DNA from: an uncultured bacterium
Lineage (GTDB): Bacteria > Actinomycetota > Acidimicrobiia > Spongiisociales > ZC4RG35
Direction of reading: 5' to 3'
Assembly: GCA_963753285.1 (NCBI GenBank)
Contig: CAVWBT010000008.1
Span: 112,045 to 176,044, forward strand
Length of the DNA: 64,000 bases
Below the pieces are notes generated by a model. That model did not search any database, was not told where the DNA came from, and saw nothing but the letters and a program-made list of their open reading frames with translations. The translations under genes were made by a program, and so were the position numbers. Shown in pieces: positions 1-8,062 of the stretch (its first letter is position 1; the number at the start of each line of letters is the position of its first letter).

Positions 1-947
1 TCCATCGTGACGTGGTGGAGTTCGGCAGGGGCGCTCTTGAGGAGGCGATCGGCGCGGACCAGGGCGTCGTTGGCCTTGCGGAGATTGGAGTCCTTCAGCC
101 GGCCCCGTTGACGCCACACCCGGTCGACCCAGCGGTCGTTGCCCTTTGCATTCATCGCCTCCCGGAACGTCTCCTTGTCGGGTGACGAGAGTGCAACCGC
201 CCTGCGCCGGACCTCGGTCTCGAGGGTTGCCAGCAGCACCAGCGGGTGGTTGTGGACCAACTGGTCGTTGAGCCGTCGGAGGGCTTCGGCGGTGTCACCC
301 TTCGTGACCGCATCGGTGTAGTGGAAGATCGGCTCGTTCGGACGATTCTTGAAGCGACCGAGAATCTGGGCCGCAGTCACGTGACCGGGGGTCTCGGCGA
401 TCTGATCGAGTGCCTGACCGAGCGACGCCACATCCGCCCCGAACTTCTGGACCAGCGCCTGCTCGGCGGCCGCATCGAGTCTCAGCCCCCGGCGGTCGAT
501 CTCGTCGTGGAGCCACGAGGCGGCATTCGACTCCCACATCTTCCTGATCGTCGTGGTGTCCGCCTCGGACTTGAGATACTTCGACAGCTTGGCCGGCACC
601 GCGCCGGCCGACACGAAGGCGATGGCGAGTGCGTTGTGATCGACCTGATCGAGGAGTTCGATCAGCACGTCGGCCTCGGCTGCGGTCAGCTGCTGGGCGT
701 CGACGAGGGCGAGCCCCTGGTGGCCACCGAACAGCGAGCCCGACTGGAGGACGGGGATCATGGGCTCCAGTTCATGTCGGACCGAGCCGACCGCCCCCTC
801 GCTCTCTCCCCTGGCGGGCACGTCCAACCGGACGATGTCGTTGGGATGCACACCGACCCGAGCGAAGAAGGCATGCGCGGCGTCGAGCATCTGCTGACGC
901 TCCCCCGGCCCTGCCCCTGACGGCCCCGTGACGTGCTGTATCGCCAT
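1..947 (-). CDS. holA: DNA polymerase III delta subunit (3' end runs off the window)
   Basis: Manual translation MAIQHVTG...LQSGSLFGG...LVDAQ...EPIFHYTDAV...ALVRADRLLKS; SLF motif and delta-like C-terminus; lies downstream of comEA/comEC as in the conserved synteny. Confidence 0.8.
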   Translation of the reverse strand, partial: MAIQHVTGPSGAGPGERQQMLDAAHAFFARVGVHPNDIVRLDVPARGESEGAVGSVRHELEPMIPVLQSGSLFGGHQGLALVDAQQLTAAEADVLIELLDQVDHNALAIAFVSAGAVPAKLSKYLKSEADTTTIRKMWESNAASWLHDEIDRRGLRLDAAAEQALVQKFGADVASLGQALDQIAETPGHVTAAQILGRFKNRPNEPIFHYTDAVTKGDTAEALRRLNDQLVHNHPLVLLATLETEVRRRAVALSSPDKETFREAMNAKGNDRWVDRVWRQRGRLKDSNLRKANDALVRADRLLKSAPAELHHVTM

Positions 948-1065
948 GCCACCAGGCTACGGGGTGAGGCGGACGTCGGAGAAGGCGTGACCGTCGAACC
1001 TCGACCCGACAACACACTGGTTGTGTTGGCGAACCCTCGATTCTCGAAAGGGCCCCGGGTCCGGC

Positions 1066-1860
1066 TCAGCGTTGCGGAGGGAGCCGGTCGAAGAGCCGGG
1101 CCAGATCACAAGCCATCTCGACATCGTGCACTCGGATCATGTCGGCCCGATATTCCAGAGCCATGGCGATGTAGGCGGCGACCCGGTGATCCTCCTGCTT
1201 GCGCGGGATCGGCACGAGGATCGGCCGGCCGAGCCGTCGCAACTCGTCGAGGCCTCGAATCACGTCCAGCTGCATCCTCGTGTAGGCGAGGTAGTCGCCC
1301 CGATAGTTGATCGAGATCCCGGGATCCACGATGACGTCGGTGATGCCCATCGCCTCGAGCTCGGCGAGCCGGGCCATCAGCCTCCTCGAGGTGAGCGCCG
1401 CTTTGTCGGCGGTGATCTCGACCTCTTCCACGTCGTGGGGATTCGATCCCTCGATGTACATGACGATGGCGGTCACACCGGATTCGGCGACGATGCCCGC
1501 CATGCGGCGATCGGCGAGACCACCGGTGTCGTTGACGATCGCCGCACCCAGACCCACCATCACCTCGGCGACTTCCGGCTTCCAGGTGTCCACCGAGACG
1601 ACATGACCGTCGGCGACCAGACGCTCGACCACGGGGGCGAGCCGGTCGATCTCCAGCGCCGCCTGGATCGTCGGGTTGGAGTAATGCGACGACTGGCCGC
1701 CGACATCGATCACGGTCGCCCCCGCACTGCGATACCGGTCTGCCATCGCAATGGCCTCATCTGCGTTGCCGGCGACGGTGTGGATGTTGTTCGACTCCGG
1801 AGACATGTTGATCACCCCCATCACGTGGGTGACGCCACCGAACAGGAGGGGTGCGATCAT
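1066..1860 (-). CDS. folP: Dihydropteroate synthase (divergent)
   Basis: Motifs MGVIN, IDVGGQS, SVDTWK, VNDTGG, IVDPG, RK, IRVHDV. Confidence 0.85.
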   Translation of the reverse strand: MIAPLLFGGVTHVMGVINMSPESNNIHTVAGNADEAIAMADRYRSAGATVIDVGGQSSHYSNPTIQAALEIDRLAPVVERLVADGHVVSVDTWKPEVAEVMVGLGAAIVNDTGGLADRRMAGIVAESGVTAIVMYIEGSNPHDVEEVEITADKAALTSRRLMARLAELEAMGITDVIVDPGISINYRGDYLAYTRMQLDVIRGLDELRRLGRPILVPIPRKQEDHRVAAYIAMALEYRADMIRVHDVEMACDLARLFDRLPPQR

Positions 1861-2309
1861 GGACCGATCAGCAATGCGCCGCCGAATTCGGTGACCCCGT
1901 CGCCCAGCGAGATATCGATCGACTCCTCGAGGCTCGATCCACTGGGCACCCTTCCGAGATCGATGGGAACCCGGACGTCACCGACCGAGAAATCGACGGT
2001 GCCGTACCAGTCGACGCTCGACTCGTTGCGCAAGGTCGCAAACACGGTGACGTCCCGCTCCGGCGATGGACCGACCGAGATCTCCACGGCGAGTCCTCCA
2101 CACAACAGCACCGGGTCGCCCTCTTCGAGCGCAAACGAGCCGGTGACGATGGGCACGCCGTCGGTGAGGATCACCTGGAACGGCGTCTCGACCCGTTCCG
2201 TGCAGGTCAGGATGTGATCGATGCCCCGCAGCGAGCCTTGACCGATCGGAATCAGCAGGACGCCGGCCATGACCAAAACGGCGAGTCGGGTTCTCAGGTG
2301 AATCGGCAC
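1857..2309 (-). CDS. Hypothetical secreted/membrane-anchored protein
   Basis: N-terminal hydrophobic stretch; stop overlaps the folP ATG; GTG start chosen (ORF is open to 2357). Confidence 0.55.
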   Translation of the reverse strand: MPIHLRTRLAVLVMAGVLLIPIGQGSLRGIDHILTCTERVETPFQVILTDGVPIVTGSFALEEGDPVLLCGGLAVEISVGPSPERDVTVFATLRNESSVDWYGTVDFSVGDVRVPIDLGRVPSGSSLEESIDISLGDGVTEFGGALLIGP

Positions 2310-2405
2310 GGCACCATCCTGGAGGTGCATCGCGCCCAAGTCAACGTTCGGCGGCACGCTCGATGACCAGGAGGCCCGGCTGCCTCGGCATACACTGGCT
2401 CACCG

Positions 2406-3185
2406 ATGAGATCGATGGACTGGGATCGGGCGCGCGGCGTCTTGTTGGCGACCGGTGTCGCCCTGATCGGGCTCATCGCACTCACCGCCTTCTTTCGTGG
2501 CGTGGACCGGGTGGAGGTGGTCGCGACCCTGATGTATGCGCCCGTGCTCGCCGGCATGCTGTCGTTCGGACTGTCAGGCGGGCTGCTGCTCGGTCTCGCA
2601 GCCGCCGGTGTGTACGTCGGCCTCCGGCTTCCGGCCATCGATCTGGTGGGCCTCACGCCGATCGCCGGCACCGTCATCTCCCGGGTTCTCGGCTATCTGG
2701 CGTTCGGAACGCTCGGAGGCTGGGCCGCCAACCAACTGCGTGTGGCACTGGATCGCTACGAGCTCATCGACGAACTCGACCAGGACTCGGGGCTCGGCAA
2801 CCGGACGTCCGTCATCGGTGCGCTGGCCCGCGAATCGAACCGTGCCAGGCGGTATGGCAGCCCGTTCTCGGTCGTGACGACGACATTCGACGATATCGGG
2901 ACCGACCGTCGAGCGAGAGCCAAACTGCGAGAGCTCGGCGCCAAGGTGGCCATGAGCATCCGGGCCGCCGATCACGCAGCCCACATCCGGACCGAGGCGG
3001 GTCATCAGATCATCGTCGTCCTCCCCGAGACGTCCGCAGAGGGAGCCGAGACGGTCGAGCAGAACCTCGGAGTGCTGGTCGCCGGTGTCGTTGGCCGCCA
3101 GGTGCACACCGAGGCGATCACCGACGGCGGCGGCGACGAAGACCCCCTCACGGCCCTGCGAGACCGATTGGCTGCGACGCGCTGA
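2406..3185 (+). CDS. Membrane protein with degenerate GGDEF-like domain
   Basis: About 4 TM helices, then DQDSGLGNR...RARRYGSPFSV...IIVVLPETSAEGA; GGDEF motif absent. Confidence 0.7.
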   Translation: MRSMDWDRARGVLLATGVALIGLIALTAFFRGVDRVEVVATLMYAPVLAGMLSFGLSGGLLLGLAAAGVYVGLRLPAIDLVGLTPIAGTVISRVLGYLAFGTLGGWAANQLRVALDRYELIDELDQDSGLGNRTSVIGALARESNRARRYGSPFSVVTTTFDDIGTDRRARAKLRELGAKVAMSIRAADHAAHIRTEAGHQIIVVLPETSAEGAETVEQNLGVLVAGVVGRQVHTEAITDGGGDEDPLTALRDRLAATR

Positions 3186-3189
3186 GTCG

Positions 3190-5316
3190 TCACCCGGCAA
3201 ACACCAGATCGCCGTTCAGATCGGTCCGATGGACGACGGCTCCGGCCGAGGTCAACGTCTTCAGCACATCGGGCGACGGATGACCGAACTGGTTGGACCC
3301 GACGCTCACCACCGAGGTGTGCCCAGAATGGGCAGCGAGCCATCCGAGGTCCGAGGTCGCAGCGCCCTGATGAGGCACCTTCAACACATCCACTCGGGGA
3401 ACCCGGAGTTCGGATTGCGCGAAGGTCTCGATGTCGCCACTCATGAGGACGCGCTGGTCTCCGACTGTTGCCACGACGACCACTGACTCGTCGTTCGGTG
3501 AGGCGTAGCGACGCTTGGGCCCGAGCACTTCGAATCCGAGGGATTCGGTGCCGAACCGCCAGCCGGGCTGCGGGCTCACCAGGTCGATGCGGAGACGCTC
3601 GGCCTCCGACAGGAGCCACTCGGCTGCGGGAGTCGCGTGATGCTCGAAATCGGCGACGATGAGCCCGACGGGGACCCGACCGATCACGGCCTCCAGCCCG
3701 ACGATGTGATCGGCGTGCACGTGCGAGACGATCACGACGTCGAGCCGGTCGACGCCGTACCGCTCGAGCTTGCGTGTCAACACCACAGGATCGGGGCCTC
3801 CGTCGATCAACACCGTGAGGTCGTGGTCGAGGAACAGGGTTGCGTCACCCTGCCCGACATCGAGGAACACGACTGCCGGCAGCTCGTCCGGCCGCTGGTC
3901 CGCCGGCCAGACGTTCACGGCGATCAGCACCGCAATGACCGGCACCAGCAGGCCTCTGGCGAATCGGGCAAGGCACACCACACTCCCCAACAGGAGCAGC
4001 CAGCCCGCCCAATCCATCTGCGGCCAGGGCGCCGCCACTTCGGCGACGCCCAACACCGCAGCCGAGAACCCCGACGCCATCCCCACCAGCGTCTGCGATC
4101 CGATGACGACCCCGAAACCCGCGAGCGATGTGGCAGCCACGACCAGCGGCCCGGCGACGACGTTGGCGATAGGCGACAGCATCGGAACCGACCCGAACAC
4201 GACGAGCAGCAGCGGACCGACGAGCGCCTGCGCCGAAACCGACGCGCTGAGTGCCGTCGAAACGAACGATGGTCGAAACCGCCAGAGATCGGATCCAGCG
4301 AGCACCCCACACGCCGCCAGAACCGACAGCTGGAACCCGACATCGGTCGCCAACTCTCCCGCGATCGTCAGGGCCCCGGCCACCGCAAGCGAGAGCGTTG
4401 CCCACGACGACAACGGAACGCCGATCGAGCGGCCGACGAGCAGCACACCAGCGGCGAGCGATGCCCGAATCACGGAAGGCTCCCACCGCGTCATCGCCGC
4501 AAAGACCACGAGCCCGGCGAGCCCCGCAAACGTTCGTACCCAGCCCCGGAGCCCGAGCGGACCGAGGAGCATCCACCAGAGCAGGAGGAACAGCGCGACG
4601 TTGCTGCCCGACACAGCAACGAAATGGGTCAAGCCGGCCCGCCGCATCAGGTCAATCGACGTGTCCGAGAGTCCCGTGGTGTCCCCGATCAGGAAGCCCG
4701 CCAGCAGCGCCCTGGACTCGGAGTCGGATGGCCTGACGACGGCGATGACTCGCTCTCTCAATGTGTTGGCAACCCGAAGATGGATGGCCGGCCGGTGTTC
4801 GACGGATTCCACACCGGAGACCGACACGCGCCCTGCCGCGACAGATCGGCGGATCCGGGTGACGCCCGGCGTGAAGAGGCCCGACACCCGGAATCGGTCC
4901 CCGACGGTCGATCGTTCGGTCCAAGGCGACAAGATCAGTGGATCGTTCGGAAGCACACCCATCGACACATCGACGGCGCTGGCGACGATCGCTGCGCCGT
5001 ACTCGCCATCGATGACGTCGGTTCTCGCCTCGACCATCGCCTCGATTCGACCGGGCGCGACAAGCGTGTTCTCGAGCGAGGACCGCCGCTCGGCCACGAG
5101 AAGGCCCGAGCCCATTCCGACGACGAGCGAGGCGATGACCAGCCATCCGAAGGTCCCGTTGGAGAAGGCCCCATCGGACCTGAGCGCGACGACGCCGACG
5201 ACCGTCACCGCCGAGACGGCGAGGATCGGAGATCCGGCCAGGAGGACGCCGAGCCACAGCGCCGCAGCAGCGGCGAGGAGGGGTCGATCGACCTCCGGGG
5301 GCCAGCGGACGCTCAC
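3190..5316 (-). CDS. comEC: ComEC/Rec2 DNA uptake channel
   Basis: GLTHFVAVSGSN, GFQLS, DVGQGDA, SHVHADH MBL motif, KVPHQG, FGHP. Confidence 0.95.
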   Translation of the reverse strand: MSVRWPPEVDRPLLAAAAALWLGVLLAGSPILAVSAVTVVGVVALRSDGAFSNGTFGWLVIASLVVGMGSGLLVAERRSSLENTLVAPGRIEAMVEARTDVIDGEYGAAIVASAVDVSMGVLPNDPLILSPWTERSTVGDRFRVSGLFTPGVTRIRRSVAAGRVSVSGVESVEHRPAIHLRVANTLRERVIAVVRPSDSESRALLAGFLIGDTTGLSDTSIDLMRRAGLTHFVAVSGSNVALFLLLWWMLLGPLGLRGWVRTFAGLAGLVVFAAMTRWEPSVIRASLAAGVLLVGRSIGVPLSSWATLSLAVAGALTIAGELATDVGFQLSVLAACGVLAGSDLWRFRPSFVSTALSASVSAQALVGPLLLVVFGSVPMLSPIANVVAGPLVVAATSLAGFGVVIGSQTLVGMASGFSAAVLGVAEVAAPWPQMDWAGWLLLLGSVVCLARFARGLLVPVIAVLIAVNVWPADQRPDELPAVVFLDVGQGDATLFLDHDLTVLIDGGPDPVVLTRKLERYGVDRLDVVIVSHVHADHIVGLEAVIGRVPVGLIVADFEHHATPAAEWLLSEAERLRIDLVSPQPGWRFGTESLGFEVLGPKRRYASPNDESVVVVATVGDQRVLMSGDIETFAQSELRVPRVDVLKVPHQGAATSDLGWLAAHSGHTSVVSVGSNQFGHPSPDVLKTLTSAGAVVHRTDLNGDLVFAG

Positions 5317-5882
5317 GGGACGATGACACGATCCCGGAGCGCGGCCAGCTTCTGCTCTCCGATGCCGGGCACATCGAGGAGGTCCTCGACACTGCGGAAC
5401 GGGCCGTATTCATCTCGATGGGCGATGATCGTCCCCGCAAGCACGGGCCCGACCCCCGGGAGCGTCTCGAGCGCAGAGGCGTCCGCCTCATTGATCCGGA
5501 TCCGGCTGTCTGCTTCGACTGCCGGAACGGCGGCCGTACTCCGACCGCTCCCCGACGGAACGACCACCTGCTGCCCGTCGGCGACCGGTTCGGCGAGATT
5601 CACGCCGAGGAGGTCTGCGCGGACCGTGACGCCCCCCGCAGCAGCGATGACATCCGCGACCCTGGCATCGGATGGCACCTGGACCAGGCCGGCGGATTCG
5701 ACCTCACCGGAGACGTGGACCACGATCAGGTCCACGGAGCTCTCGATCACGTTTCGTGGCGGATCGATGGTCGGAGGAGGCGCCTGGGGCGGCTGCGGCC
5801 TGCCGATCACGACGCCGGCCACGACGGCTCCGGCGAGCAGCACAGATGCCCTGAGCACTTGTCGATCGATCCGAGCGAACAC
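5313..5882 (-). CDS. comEA: ComEA DNA-binding protein (SLBB + HhH)
   Basis: VHVSGEV, RVADVIAAAGG, NLAEPVADG, LPGVGP, VPGIGE. Confidence 0.95.
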   Translation of the reverse strand: MFARIDRQVLRASVLLAGAVVAGVVIGRPQPPQAPPPTIDPPRNVIESSVDLIVVHVSGEVESAGLVQVPSDARVADVIAAAGGVTVRADLLGVNLAEPVADGQQVVVPSGSGRSTAAVPAVEADSRIRINEADASALETLPGVGPVLAGTIIAHRDEYGPFRSVEDLLDVPGIGEQKLAALRDRVIVP

Positions 5883-5957
5883 AGCCCGGTGTCTATCTGA
5901 TGGGATGGTCCGGGTCTAGTACTTCAGAATGGGCCGTACCCTGCCGAAGACAAGCCC

Positions 5958-6548
5958 GTGGCAGAACAGCAGAAGTCCCCATTCGCCCGTGTTCAGAACG
6001 GCTACGACCCCAAGCAGGTAGCGGCGTTCGCTGCCGAGGCATTGAGCTGGAAGAGGGAGCTCGTAGCCCTCCGATCCGAGGTCTCGGCGGCCGCCAAGCT
6101 CGTCGAGCGGTACGAGTCGGTGATCGGCAGCATCGAAGATGTCGAGCGAGAAGCGGCAGGGCTCGTCGATGACGCCGAGCGTCGCGCCGCCGGGCTCATC
6201 GAAGACGCCGAAGAGCGCGCCTCGAAGATCGTCGCAGAGGCCGAGGACGAGGCAGCCAGGATCCTCGAGATGGCGGAGAACCAGATCAGCGCGATTCCTG
6301 TCACCGAACTCGTCGAGTCCCAGCCAGAGCCGCCCCATGAGACCGAACCCGGCGATTCCCAGCCGGTGGTTGGCGAAGGCTGGCTCACGCCCGAGCCGAG
6401 CACGCAAGAGATTCCCGACGTGGTAGACCAGATCTTCGAGCCGATCGAAGAGGTCGGGTTGAGCGAGACCGACCTGAGTCTGGAACGGCGTGCCGCAGGA
6501 GCCGCGAACCTGTGGAAGCGTCGGGGTGTCGTCGCTCCGTCCGAGTGA
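5958..6548 (+). CDS. DivIVA-domain coiled-coil protein
   Basis: FARVQNGYDPKQV DivIVA-like N-terminus followed by an EA..A..I heptad coiled coil. Confidence 0.6.
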   Translation: MAEQQKSPFARVQNGYDPKQVAAFAAEALSWKRELVALRSEVSAAAKLVERYESVIGSIEDVEREAAGLVDDAERRAAGLIEDAEERASKIVAEAEDEAARILEMAENQISAIPVTELVESQPEPPHETEPGDSQPVVGEGWLTPEPSTQEIPDVVDQIFEPIEEVGLSETDLSLERRAAGAANLWKRRGVVAPSE

Positions 6549-6584
6549 CGACTCGGAGCCGAACACCCGCCTAGGTTGAGGGTC

Positions 6585-7394
6585 ATGACATTCGATACCT
6601 CCATCTACCGCGCCACCCCACCCATCGACTTGAGTTCGTTCGACACGCAGGACACGACCCTCTTCGACGATGGCAAGAAAGCCGGGAAGAAGGCTCACAA
6701 GGAGCTCAACTCGCGGCTCGAGGTACTGCAGGAACGGCTCTACGCCCAGGGCGAGCATCGGCTGCTCATCGTGCTCCAGGCGACCGATACCGGGGGGAAG
6801 GACGGCACCATCAGACGGGTGTTCGAAGGTGTCAACCCTCAGGGCGTCGACGTCGCCTCGTTCAAGAAGCCGACACCCGAAGAGCTCGCTCACGACTACC
6901 TGTGGAGGGTCCACAAGCACGTCCCCGGCGACGGGCGGATCACCATCTTCAACCGATCCCACTACGAAGACGTCCTCGTCGTCCGCGTCCACGATTTGGT
7001 TCCCGAAGAGCGCTGGTCGAAGCGGTACGAGCACATCCGCAACTTCGAGCAGATGCTGGTCGACGAGGGCACCACGATCCTCAAGTTCTTCCTGCACATC
7101 TCGAAGGACGAACAGAAGGAGCGACTCGAAGCCCGCCTCGAAAACCCCGACAAGCACTGGAAGTTCTCGCTCGGCGATCTCGAGGAGCGGAAGCGATGGA
7201 ACGACTATCAAGCGGCGTTCGAGGCGATGATCAATGAGACGTCGACGCCCGACGCCCCCTGGTACGTCGTCCCGGCCGACCGCAAGTGGTACCGCGACCT
7301 GGTGATCTCGTCGACGATCGTCCAAACCCTCGAATCCCTCGACGTCGACTGGCCCGAAGCCGAATCCGACTACGCCGACGTCGAGGTCGTTTAG
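6585..7394 (+). CDS. ppk2: Polyphosphate kinase 2 family (class III-like)
   Basis: QATDTGGKDGTI Walker A, HDYLWR, FNRSHYEDV, WYVVPADRKW. Confidence 0.92.
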   Translation: MTFDTSIYRATPPIDLSSFDTQDTTLFDDGKKAGKKAHKELNSRLEVLQERLYAQGEHRLLIVLQATDTGGKDGTIRRVFEGVNPQGVDVASFKKPTPEELAHDYLWRVHKHVPGDGRITIFNRSHYEDVLVVRVHDLVPEERWSKRYEHIRNFEQMLVDEGTTILKFFLHISKDEQKERLEARLENPDKHWKFSLGDLEERKRWNDYQAAFEAMINETSTPDAPWYVVPADRKWYRDLVISSTIVQTLESLDVDWPEAESDYADVEVV

Positions 7395-7395
7395 C

Positions 7396-7659
7396 TGTCC
7401 CCCAGCTTGTGTTCGGGCAAGTCCCGGCCGCATAGGTGTTCCCCACAAAGTGGGGAAAGGTCCCTGCCCGGCGAGGAACGAGCCGGGGAGGTAAGGGGCC
7501 AACTCCAACGGAGCCGTAGGGCGCGTCGACCCGGAGCGTTGGAGGGGTCCCCCTACCTCCGAACCGCCCGTCGACGCTCAGGGGGTGGACGAGTCATGCG
7601 TGCGTTTGCGCGAGGCTGGGGCGGTTCGCAGGGACCTTCCCCCAGCGAGCTGGGGGACA
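7396..7659. repeat. Highly palindromic structured element (MITE/REP-like or ncRNA candidate)
   Basis: 12-bp terminal inverted repeats TGTCCCCCAGCT/AGCTGGGGGACA plus several nested inverted repeats; lies between convergent genes. Confidence 0.6.
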
Positions 7660-7663
7660 TCTG

Positions 7664-8062
7664 TCAGCCCGCCGCCAGGTGTCTGGCGACGGCGACTCGG
7701 GCTTCCTTCTCGAGGCGGATGGCGAGGTAGGCGTGCTGGTGATCCATGCCCGCGCGGCGATTGCGGAGGTAATCGGTGAAGTAGATCCGGACGAACCGCC
7801 AGGTCCCCAACCGCTGCCATTGTCGAACGTGGACCAACTCGTGGAGGATCAGCGGCCCGGCGTCGGCCGACCTCAGATGATCGGGATCGACGTAGATGGC
7901 CCACGGCAGTGTCATCGCTGCGACCGGGCCCCGCCACAGCCGGCGCATCCACGTCGGGGCGAGGCGAATCGGCACGCCGTCCAGATCATCGAGTCCGGTG
8001 ACGTCACATGCCTGTTCGGGTGTGACGCCGCATCCGTTCAGGACCGCCGACGGTGGGTACAT
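7664..8062 (-). CDS. Small HExxH protein (DUF4157-like)
   Basis: AMTLPWAIY...LILHELVHVRQW...LEKEA; ATG overlaps the leuS stop (TGATG). Confidence 0.7.
   Translation of the reverse strand: MYPPSAVLNGCGVTPEQACDVTGLDDLDGVPIRLAPTWMRRLWRGPVAAMTLPWAIYVDPDHLRSADAGPLILHELVHVRQWQRLGTWRFVRIYFTDYLRNRRAGMDHQHAYLAIRLEKEARVAVARHLAAG

Noticed and set aside
3637-5919. Long antisense ORFs (this one and e.g. 8053-9768, 50344-52209, 55092-57923)
   Set aside because: Shadow ORFs of real genes in high-GC DNA, with no recognisable motifs
7396-7659. SRP, RNase P, tmRNA or 6S RNA
   Set aside because: I could not find their diagnostic motifs; kept only as an unassigned structured element
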